This document shows positions 1 to 8,779 of a stretch of DNA of 64,000 bases, one piece after another. This DNA is from a virus (Duplodnaviria > Caudoviricetes). The notes beneath the pieces were generated by a model. That model saw nothing but the letters and a program-made list of their open reading frames with translations, was not told the DNA's origin and did no database searches. The stretch lies in IMG/VR virus record IMGVR_UViG_3300025129_000005; one strand, 5' to 3'. The position numbers and the translations under genes are program-made. The stretch's first letter is position 1, and each line of letters opens with the position of its first letter.

Positions 1-2
1 AT

Positions 3-383
3 GATTCTTTTGAGGAAATGATTTATCAGGGTGGATGGTATAAATACGGAAAGTCCAGACGAACAAATGGTCTAAATTATATTATGTCTAACTGGATGAC
101 TCAGTTATTAAGATATCAATTAGATGATGTAAACGTGATACAAAAAGAACGTCATGATCAGTTTTTAGTATATTCAGATAAATTTAATTTATTTAGATAT
201 GAATCTGATAATAAATATTATTCACCAAGTTACTACTGCTACAGACAGAAGGGGATATCAAAGAAGATCCTTGAAAGGGTGCCTAGTCTTGAAATGCACC
301 GATATAGGAATCATGACTCTCGTTGCACTGTTGGTGGGATTCTAGAGGACGAACTTGTATATCTCCCCATGGAGTATAAATGA
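3..383 (+). CDS. Hypothetical protein, 5'-truncated by window edge
   Basis: Frame is open from position 3 (DSFEEMIYQ...) to the stop at 381-383, which overlaps the next start (ATGA coupling). Confidence 0.6.
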   Translation, partial: DSFEEMIYQGGWYKYGKSRRTNGLNYIMSNWMTQLLRYQLDDVNVIQKERHDQFLVYSDKFNLFRYESDNKYYSPSYYCYRQKGISKKILERVPSLEMHRYRNHDSRCTVGGILEDELVYLPMEYK

Positions 384-1690
384 AAGTATTACTTATAGAT
401 CTACCATTATTAAACTTCAAAACAGATGACTATAATATTGGGTTGTGCTATCTATTGGGGTACATGAAGCATAACAACGTGGAATGTGAGTCAATAGATT
501 TTCGTTATAGTGATTATGTGCAGAGTCATATAAAGAATCCAACCGTATACACTTCCACAGAAAAGTATGAGAAGTTTAGAAACGACAAGAAGAGGGCTGA
601 CTGGTTTAGAGAGACAGTAGAAAAGCCTAGATTATATGTTGAGTTTTGATGTTATAGCGTTCAGTATATTCTTTGAACTAAACAAGATACATTTTGATGA
701 AATGTATGAGATAATAAAACCTCATCTAAAACCACACCACAAGGTTGTGGTTGGTGGTAATTATCTCAGCCACTACGACCATCATCTTGAATTCGAAGAC
801 CTTGATGTTGATGTTGTTGTTGGACCCGGCGAACCCTACTTTGAGAAATTATTTGATCTTCCACATATAGATCTATATTCGTATAACCAAGTTCTGCCTA
901 GACACCTTCCAGCAGCATCTATGCCCGTTTTAGTGGGTTTGGTTGTATCCATAAATGTTTGTTCTGTACTCACAGAAGACAGAAATTCTTCTACAGGAAG
1001 GTTGACTACATCATCAAGGAAATGTTGTACTGGAAACGCACAACAGGTCGGTTCAGATTTAACATCAGAACAGATAATATATTCAATAATTATAAGTACT
1101 TAAATGACCTAACAAAAAAGTTGACCATAGTCAATAGATCATGGGATGGTGAAAAACTCCAATGGTCTGCCAATGCGACACTATGGGATTTTGATGGATT
1201 CATGAAGAACGTTAATAAGAATGACTTCATAAAGTCTGGATGCAGGATATTAAGTGTAGGTGTTGAGTCTTTTAATAAAGAAGTTCGTGACTCTATGAAT
1301 AAGCCTGAATATGAGAATGAAGAGTTAGCTAAATGGTTTGATTTTGCGTTGGAGAACGATATAAAAATATATGTGTATCTTATGGTTGGTTATATAACAG
1401 AAACGGATCAACAGTTTGATGATGGTTTGATCGCTCTCAAAGGGTTTTTTGACAGGTACAGTGCTTGTATAGGGGATGTTGCTATCTCTTTTTATACGAT
1501 TCATAGCGAATATAATTATATCGGATATGAGGATCAAATAACATTTGATAGTGATGGTAATTGGATATACAAAGATAATATACATGAGAAAAGAGTAGAC
1601 AGGGTTAGAAGGCTTAAAGAACTTTCGATGAACTATGATGTTCATCCAAGATTAATGGGTACAGATGATAATGAAAAAAATGAGGTATGA
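380..1690 (+). CDS. B12-binding (cobalamin-dependent) radical SAM protein, split over three frames
   Basis: ORF380 has the N-terminal B12-domain-like IGLCYLLGYMK..ID; ORF636 has DVIAFS/VVVGGN/DVVVGPGE; the frame of ORF959 carries GCIHKCLFC (CxxxCxxC, 944-967) and SVGVES/YLMVGY. Joining needs +1 at ~644-647 and -1 at ~928-931. Confidence 0.75.
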
Positions 1691-1693
1691 ATA

Positions 1694-2817
1694 ATGTTAT
1701 ATTATAATCCGTTTGCTATAGATAAACTTCTACGAAGGAGGGATGAGGCGTATGGATTATTCCATCTTAATAGAGCCGCCGCGCATAAATTTGATAGAAC
1801 TGGCCTTTTTACCATGTTTGATGTAGGAGATAAAATCAATTTCAAATCAATGTTTGGTCTGCCTGATTTCTCTACACCATATAACAAGAACTTCGAAGAC
1901 ACTGCTATGGCAACGGCACAAAGAATTGTCGAGAACAACGAACCATTTAACCTTTATTGGTCTGGTGGTTTAGATTCAACAACCGTTCTGATATGCCTCC
2001 ATCAGTGGTGTGACCGCATAAAAAACCGAATGAAGGTTATAATGACAGAGGCTTCTATAAGAGATAATAAGTATGCTTATGATACTATAATTAAGCCTAA
2101 TTATGAACACGTGGTCTGTGAGGATTTCGGTGGAGCGCAGAATAATTATTCACTGGATTATATGAATGTGACTGGTGATGCTAGTGAAGCCATTTATGGA
2201 TGGTCTGGTATTCTCCAAAACTTCATGAAGGAACTTGGGGTGAAAGGTTTGTATATAAAGCTCAAAGATATCCCCAAATTAAAGAGCAGATTAAGTCCAG
2301 ATAATTATACAACATTTGAATATTATTTGAAATTGTATGAACTGATCAAGGTGACCCTACCAGCATGTCCTATTGATATTGTTGATATTCAGGATCTTAA
2401 CTGGTGGTTCGTGTTTAATTTCTGCTATCAATATGACGTGTTGAGGTTCATGGTTCCTTATTACAGGAACTATGAAAAGTGTTGGGCGAACATGAACGCT
2501 TTTTTGCTAATGATGACTGGCAGTTATGGATATATAACACATACGAATCTACCATGAAGGGCGTAACCGACTTCAACTATATGAAGAAAGATGAGATTAA
2601 TTTCATAAAGAGACATTATCCGAAGATTGATCTGTCTCATACGTTACCAAGAAAGACAAACGTTCATCTGAAATACCTAGCACCAAAGGACTTCTTACTG
2701 ATAGGTGATGACTATAACATTGTTGATTGTCCTGGCTATCTAGAGACGACAAAAAAGGAAATGATGGAGAATTATAAGAACAAACCACTAGAAGAAGTGC
2801 AAATGTTGTTTGATTGA
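1694..2817 (+). CDS. PP-loop ATP pyrophosphatase (asparagine-synthase-C-like), split by a -1 frameshift at T6 2500-2505
   Basis: YWSGGLDST PP-loop; the C-terminal FFANDDWQLW continues MNA in the -1 frame. Confidence 0.7.
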
Positions 2818-3638
2818 TGAGAACTACTACGCTTGTACTGACAACGGATTGTAACTGGAATTGTAGCTACTGTAACGTGGCAAAGTTCGGTAAATATATG
2901 ACCAGTAGAGAGAAGATTGATCGCCACCTTCCCTATATTATGGAGTTGATAGGAGACTATAACTTCGTTTTAGCGGGGGGTGAGATTGGTCTGGTAGATC
3001 CTGATATCATTTCTAATCTGATGGTATCCATAGGAAAGCCAGTTACAATCAATACTAACGGGTTGTTTATGGAAATGGGGTATCACAATATACCAGAAAT
3101 ACGTAATAATATCGACAAGATATACTACCATGTTAATGATAGACCAAATACTGCCCCGATCTATATCGACAAAGACCTTGATATACTGTATGGTATAGTT
3201 AGTGATAATATTGAGACTATAATAAGTTTTATATCAGCCAACAAAAACCTTGATATCTCGTATATAGGTCTGGATAGTGCTTTCGATGATACACACATGG
3301 ATTACTTCAAGTTATTGCTATTGGCTAGAGAGTTTTTTAATGTGACCGATGATGCTGTACGTCAATTAGAGCATTACTGTTTAAAATACAACCACTTAGG
3401 GAAGTATCGCAGGTACTGCAAGGCAACCAGTTTCACCATTGATCTAGCTAAAGAGGTCATATGTCTCTGTGCTTTTAGGAACAAGCATATTGATATTCCT
3501 CTGACCAGAGACAATTTGAAGAAAGTTATATCGCAGACGAATGTCTTTCAAGGTGATGACAGTTGTGACACATGCACCAGAGTGTGTCTGGATACAAACA
3601 TAGAGGTAAACATTAGAGATATGTTGAGGAGACGATGA
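2814..3638 (+). CDS. Radical SAM protein with C-terminal Cys-rich (SPASM/twitch-like) domain
   Basis: CNWNCSYC, GGEIGL, TN; C-terminal YC...CLC...CDTCTRVC. Confidence 0.9.
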   Translation: MMRTTTLVLTTDCNWNCSYCNVAKFGKYMTSREKIDRHLPYIMELIGDYNFVLAGGEIGLVDPDIISNLMVSIGKPVTINTNGLFMEMGYHNIPEIRNNIDKIYYHVNDRPNTAPIYIDKDLDILYGIVSDNIETIISFISANKNLDISYIGLDSAFDDTHMDYFKLLLLAREFFNVTDDAVRQLEHYCLKYNHLGKYRRYCKATSFTIDLAKEVICLCAFRNKHIDIPLTRDNLKKVISQTNVFQGDDSCDTCTRVCLDTNIEVNIRDMLRRR

Positions 3639-4567
3639 AGAAGACAACCTTTGCTGATTTTAAAAAACAATGGTATTTCAGTTTAACCGAATATTGTAGT
3701 TGGAAGTGTTCTTATTGTGACTTTCCATGTAAAACTGACCCAAAAGTTGCTCCAATTGAATATGTAGAGGAAGTATTTGACCGCATCAAGAGGATCACCA
3801 ATTATGACCAATCCATAGAGTATTGCCTTGAAGGTGGAGAGATTGGGTTGTTTGATCAGGATTATCTCGATAGAGTGTTTAATAGTGGTCTTTCTGAAAC
3901 ATACAACGTTGCTACTAATGGTCTGTTCATGGAGAAAAGTTATCATAAGAGATATTCCGACAAAATCCATTATATTCTATATCACATTGCTCCTGAGATA
4001 TATGACGGGGTGAAGTATAAGGAGTATGATTTTGGTGATATTCTGTGTTACTATACCTTTGTTATAAACAAAAATAACCTACCTATTTTGGATAAGTTTC
4101 TAACGGATAATCTTGATTCTAAACACCGGTTTCTGCCTCATATACTTCAACCAAGAACACCCGGTTTGGATCTGTTGACCTATGATGACTTTATACAAAT
4201 GTATGATATCATTAAGGATAAATCGAATGTGAAACCAGATTTCATTGAGAGAGTGGTGAGGATTATTGAACGGCACAATGATGAACCGTGGTTGGACTCT
4301 CACAGAAAAATTTGTGCCAGTGTGTATACACAACCTATCTTTGATTTACCAAATAAGAGGGTTAACCGATGTTGTATATCAATCACTGGTGATTCAGTTG
4401 ATATTACAGATGATAATTTAGAAAGGTTGTATAAAAATAAAATAATGTTTAGTTCATTGAAAGATTCTGTGTGTGATGGGTGTATTGCTAATTTTTTATG
4501 GCACGATTGGAGACACAGGAGATATATGAAAGAGATTATTAAGATACATAAGGGTTTTAGTTCATGA
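3635..4567 (+). CDS. Radical SAM protein with SPASM/twitch-like domain
   Basis: CSWKCSYC, GGEIGL, ATNG; C-terminal IC...RCC...CDGC. Confidence 0.9.
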   Translation: MKKTTFADFKKQWYFSLTEYCSWKCSYCDFPCKTDPKVAPIEYVEEVFDRIKRITNYDQSIEYCLEGGEIGLFDQDYLDRVFNSGLSETYNVATNGLFMEKSYHKRYSDKIHYILYHIAPEIYDGVKYKEYDFGDILCYYTFVINKNNLPILDKFLTDNLDSKHRFLPHILQPRTPGLDLLTYDDFIQMYDIIKDKSNVKPDFIERVVRIIERHNDEPWLDSHRKICASVYTQPIFDLPNKRVNRCCISITGDSVDITDDNLERLYKNKIMFSSLKDSVCDGCIANFLWHDWRHRRYMKEIIKIHKGFSS

Positions 4568-5520
4568 AAGCTTATGTCGGGATAACAAACAATTGTAATG
4601 CCAAGTGTTTCACCTGTAATAGACAAGTTCTTAAAGGATACAGGCATAATGGTGAAATGACCATAAATGTTATAGACAAGATCCTTGATGCGTCAAGTAC
4701 TATCGCATATATAGGTGAAATGGGAGACTTTATTTTTCACCCCAAAAGTCTTGATATAGCCCGAAGAACAGTAGAGCGTGGGGTTGATATGGATGTGGAT
4801 ACCATAGGGAGCATTCATGGCGAGGATTACTGGACGGTGTTGGGTAAGATATGTAACAAAGAGAACACTGTTATACGTTTCGTGTTGGATGATCTTATCA
4901 CCGATCCACACAGACAGGTGGATACTGAAAAGGCGTTAAAGAACCTACAGACATTCATTGATGCTGGTGGTAACGCCCATGTCAAGACGATTCTATTCAA
5001 TTTCAATCAACACATAATTGAAGATATGGCTGATTATCTCAAGAACATGGGAGTAAATCACTACGAGACGATCAGGTCACGGTTGTATATGGACGAAGGA
5101 CCACTTTCAGCACCAACGGTTAATTATAAGTCATGTCTGGATCTATTAGAGAATGTTCAACGCAGGGCACCAAAGGATTGTATGTGGCACAAGTACGAAA
5201 TGTACTATGTTAATGAGTTAGGAGAGGTTAAGATTTGTTGTCATTTGCCTTTTGAGGGTATACGTAACGCAGATTCCATAGAACCCTTCATGGAACCATA
5301 TGTTGGTATGACTATGTTTGGTGATATAATGGATGTATATGACAGGGGTAGAGAGGACATGAATTTGAACAACGATTGGGTGACAGTAGAGTCGGCTTTG
5401 AACAGTGAATTCAATCAGTACATGTTGAATAACAAACACAAGAACACGATATGTCGATTCAGGTGTAGTGACCAAGAACAGGTGAGAAACCTCATGTTCC
5501 AACACACAAGGATATTCTAA
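4564..5520 (+). CDS. Radical SAM protein with SPASM/twitch-like domain
   Basis: CNAKCFTC, GEMGDFIFHP; C-terminal CMW...GEVKICC...CRFRC. Confidence 0.9.
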   Translation: MKAYVGITNNCNAKCFTCNRQVLKGYRHNGEMTINVIDKILDASSTIAYIGEMGDFIFHPKSLDIARRTVERGVDMDVDTIGSIHGEDYWTVLGKICNKENTVIRFVLDDLITDPHRQVDTEKALKNLQTFIDAGGNAHVKTILFNFNQHIIEDMADYLKNMGVNHYETIRSRLYMDEGPLSAPTVNYKSCLDLLENVQRRAPKDCMWHKYEMYYVNELGEVKICCHLPFEGIRNADSIEPFMEPYVGMTMFGDIMDVYDRGREDMNLNNDWVTVESALNSEFNQYMLNNKHKNTICRFRCSDQEQVRNLMFQHTRIF

Positions 5521-6503
5521 TGTACGAGAATGTTAACATAGGTATAGTTTCATATTGTAACGCTAAATGTTACCTTTGTAACAGACAGACCGTACCAGAA
5601 TTCCCACGTGTCACCATGTCCATAGAAACCTTCCGAAAGGTCATTCCTTATGCAAAAAAGATGTCCTTTATCGGCGGGTTTGGAGATTTCATAAATCACC
5701 CACAAAGCCTTGATTTTGTTAGAGAGATAGGCGACAAACCTTTCATGATAGAAACCAATGCAGGTATTCGTGATGAGAGCTACTGGAAGGAACTTGCATC
5801 TATGGCCAATGATGCCGATCATTATGTACAGTTTTCTGTTGATGAAGTGTTTGAAAGTCAGAACCCTTACCGTATGGTAGACACAAAAATAGTGTTACAT
5901 AACCTCAAGACGTTCATTGACGCCGGTGGATATGCTGTTGTTAAAACTATCAGATTTAATTTTAACGAAGATAAAATACCTATTATGACTGAGTTTTTTA
6001 AGAGCATTGGAGTTAAAGAGTATCACACACAATTGTCGATATATTATCCAGATAAAGGTGATTCCATTTTATCCGCACCACATGTACCGGGTGTTTTTGT
6101 AAATGGAACGTTACCACTTGTTTACAAAATTAACGAAAAGTTCAGCAAATCAGGGGTGAAATGTGGGTGGAAGGAAGGTCGATGGTTGTACATAGTCGAG
6201 AATGGAGAAGTTCACAGGTGTTGTAAATTATCGATATATATCAATGGTATGCAGGATAACGCCCCTGCCCCTATATCGAAGTACACACAGGATGAGTATT
6301 ATGATGATATATCTGAAATTTATTATCGTAACAAGGAATTAATAAACCTTAACACCGATGGTGTTACTATGGAAACTATACAGAATAACGAGTATTTCAG
6401 ATACATTGAAGAGAAGTTTAAGCACGTTAAAAGATGTAAAATATCTTGTGCTTTAAGGTATGATATTGCCAATAGAATGCTAGGATTAAAGAGGATATTT
6501 TGA
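5520..6503 (+). CDS. Radical SAM protein with SPASM/twitch-like domain (paralog of 4564..5520)
   Basis: CNAKCYLC, GGFGDFINHP, NLKTFIDAGG, GEVHRCC. Confidence 0.9.
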   Translation: MYENVNIGIVSYCNAKCYLCNRQTVPEFPRVTMSIETFRKVIPYAKKMSFIGGFGDFINHPQSLDFVREIGDKPFMIETNAGIRDESYWKELASMANDADHYVQFSVDEVFESQNPYRMVDTKIVLHNLKTFIDAGGYAVVKTIRFNFNEDKIPIMTEFFKSIGVKEYHTQLSIYYPDKGDSILSAPHVPGVFVNGTLPLVYKINEKFSKSGVKCGWKEGRWLYIVENGEVHRCCKLSIYINGMQDNAPAPISKYTQDEYYDDISEIYYRNKELINLNTDGVTMETIQNNEYFRYIEEKFKHVKRCKISCALRYDIANRMLGLKRIF

Positions 6504-7375
6504 ACGTATTTTTTGTAGAGTTTCTTGCCACATATAACTGCGACCAGAACTGTTATTACTGTGATATAATAAACAAGGGTATAAACACTTATACAGAAAT
6601 GGATATGGATAAGTTTAAATGGACTATTGATATCCTTGGATCTGAGACGAAGAATCTCATGGTCGAGATTTGTGGTGGCGAGACAGGTCTGATTAGTAAC
6701 GTGGAAGACGTGATAAGGTTTTTGAAGGACCATAAGTCAGTCAAGAAGACTCAGATAATGTCCAACGGTCTTTTACGTGTACAACACCCTGAAATTATTA
6801 AGGAATTTGATTATTACAATGAACATCTTGTCAGGGATATCATAGGAAGGGATGTACAGAAATTCCATGATATAGAATTTTGTAGTGATGATAACGCTAA
6901 AACCGTCATTGTCATGACAGAGAACACAGTAAGATCATTATTAGAGAATGAAGAATATTATAGAGATATTATCGAATCAGAATCATTTTGGTTCAAAATA
7001 TTCATTGAGAGAAGTGTTGATATCTCTACCAATCATTTAGATATGATGAGGGAGTTTTATAATAAATATAATGTGATGTTTTGTGATTTTTATATGAATA
7101 AATTGGAGATGAAGAATGATTCATTTTCTAAAAGTTTGTGTACAAAATATCCATTTTTACCGGTTATAGATATGGAGAATAATGATATAATTCATTGTGC
7201 ATATTATAATTTTACCAATAAAGTGACTAAAGATTTGAACGAAAACAATCTAAGGGATTTGGTTAACAAAAAACTATTTATTACGGAATCACCTGATTAT
7301 TGTTGCTCATGTTATGATTATTATCAAGATCCTCATTTTCTTATAAGAAGGAATAAAAGTAATAAACAATTATGA
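6500..7375 (+). CDS. Radical SAM protein with SPASM/twitch-like domain (paralog of 2814/3635)
   Basis: CDQNCYYC, GGETGL, SNG; C-terminal LC...HC...CCSC. Confidence 0.9.
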   Translation: MNVFFVEFLATYNCDQNCYYCDIINKGINTYTEMDMDKFKWTIDILGSETKNLMVEICGGETGLISNVEDVIRFLKDHKSVKKTQIMSNGLLRVQHPEIIKEFDYYNEHLVRDIIGRDVQKFHDIEFCSDDNAKTVIVMTENTVRSLLENEEYYRDIIESESFWFKIFIERSVDISTNHLDMMREFYNKYNVMFCDFYMNKLEMKNDSFSKSLCTKYPFLPVIDMENNDIIHCAYYNFTNKVTKDLNENNLRDLVNKKLFITESPDYCCSCYDYYQDPHFLIRRNKSNKQL

Positions 7376-7938
7376 TATTTCAGATAAATTACAAATCAAA
7401 TGGTAAGTATGATGAGTATTTTGATAAGAATAGATCCATATCCAGTAAACTCAATCATGTTATATACGAGGATGAATTTATTGATGATTTTCTTGATTCT
7501 TATGGATACAGGGAGTGGGTCGAATCTGTCAAAATAACAAGGAACTATAAACATTTAAGGATTCCTATCATATGTGATCTTATACGACTATTGATTTTGT
7601 ATGAAAAAGGTGGCATATATATTGATGCTGATACTATATTCAAAGATAAAATGTTAGAACTTGAGAGTAATATGGAGAAATATGGAAATAGAAATGTATT
7701 TCTTGATAACAAAAACTTAGGATTCGTGAGAGGTATAAAGCACTCTGGTTATTTAAAGAAAGTATTAGCCGCATATAAAGCTAAAGAATTGACTGTTGAT
7801 AAATTTATGGTTTATGATAGAAAGTTGTCGAACAATCATAAGGAGTTGTTTCTGCTGCCCTATGATCATGTAAATAGGTACTTTACCCATTTATATGATC
7901 ATAACAATAGCACTAAAAATGAAGATAATAACCTTTGA
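7372..7938 (+). CDS. DXD-motif glycosyltransferase (GT32/OCH1-like sugar-binding region)
   Basis: CDLIRLLILYEKGGIYIDAD motif. Confidence 0.8.
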   Translation: MIFQINYKSNGKYDEYFDKNRSISSKLNHVIYEDEFIDDFLDSYGYREWVESVKITRNYKHLRIPIICDLIRLLILYEKGGIYIDADTIFKDKMLELESNMEKYGNRNVFLDNKNLGFVRGIKHSGYLKKVLAAYKAKELTVDKFMVYDRKLSNNHKELFLLPYDHVNRYFTHLYDHNNSTKNEDNNL

Positions 7939-8746
7939 TATGTCAATAAACGGTAATATGTTGAATGCCGTTGATATGCAGAATTATTTTGGGTGTGATC
8001 TGATTGTATTGGAACAAAAACCAATACGTTATTTCAATGTAAGTAAAGGTATATATAGACCTTTCAGGTGCTTTATAACCAACAAAATACCTGATGATGA
8101 TGTTTTTATTATAGATTATAAGGCATTTTTGTATATATTAGAAAATAGTGTATCTTTTGGTTGTGATAAAATGATAGTTATGGACTGTCTTGAGCTAACA
8201 CTACAACAATTAGATATGACCTATCATAAATATTATAAAAAAATATCTAATATGGAGTGTTTGTTTGAGGGTCTATTCCCCAAAACGGAAATTCAGTTTT
8301 TAATGCCCAAAAACAATTTTGATATATTTGATTTAGGGTTTCCTTGTGACGTGTTTCATAAGAAAATAAATTTTGATATTATGAATTTTCCTTCATTTAT
8401 GGATGATAATTTTGTATATAGACCCGATGTTGATAATAGTGTTTTATTGTCATGCTATTCAGAAGCGAATGAATGTGATCTAGGTAAAGACTTATTTAAG
8501 TCAAAAAATTTTATATATCAGAGGCGAAGTACTCTTGGATTCATTGAACAATTTGGTAGAATGGTGTTCGAATTATATTATACAAATCGTGACATATGGA
8601 CTGTCGGTGATATTTTTGATGGAAATGATGGTCTGACAGAGCATTTAAGATTATTAGATGCCAGTGTTATTGACAGTAAATTATATATTCCTAACATAGA
8701 AGACATCAACATGAATAACTATAACTATATGGATAAATACTTATAA
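7919..8746 (+). CDS. Hypothetical protein, last gene of the modification cluster
   Basis: Long ORF coupled to the GT gene; no motif recognised. Confidence 0.6.
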   Translation: MKIITFDMSINGNMLNAVDMQNYFGCDLIVLEQKPIRYFNVSKGIYRPFRCFITNKIPDDDVFIIDYKAFLYILENSVSFGCDKMIVMDCLELTLQQLDMTYHKYYKKISNMECLFEGLFPKTEIQFLMPKNNFDIFDLGFPCDVFHKKINFDIMNFPSFMDDNFVYRPDVDNSVLLSCYSEANECDLGKDLFKSKNFIYQRRSTLGFIEQFGRMVFELYYTNRDIWTVGDIFDGNDGLTEHLRLLDASVIDSKLYIPNIEDINMNNYNYMDKYL

Positions 8747-8779
8747 TAGTTTGTAACTAAAAGGATTATAGGAGTAAAA

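Noticed and set aside
380-8746. RiPP precursor peptide for the radical SAM cluster
   Set aside because: No short precursor-like ORF in the tightly coupled operon; one could lie left of the window
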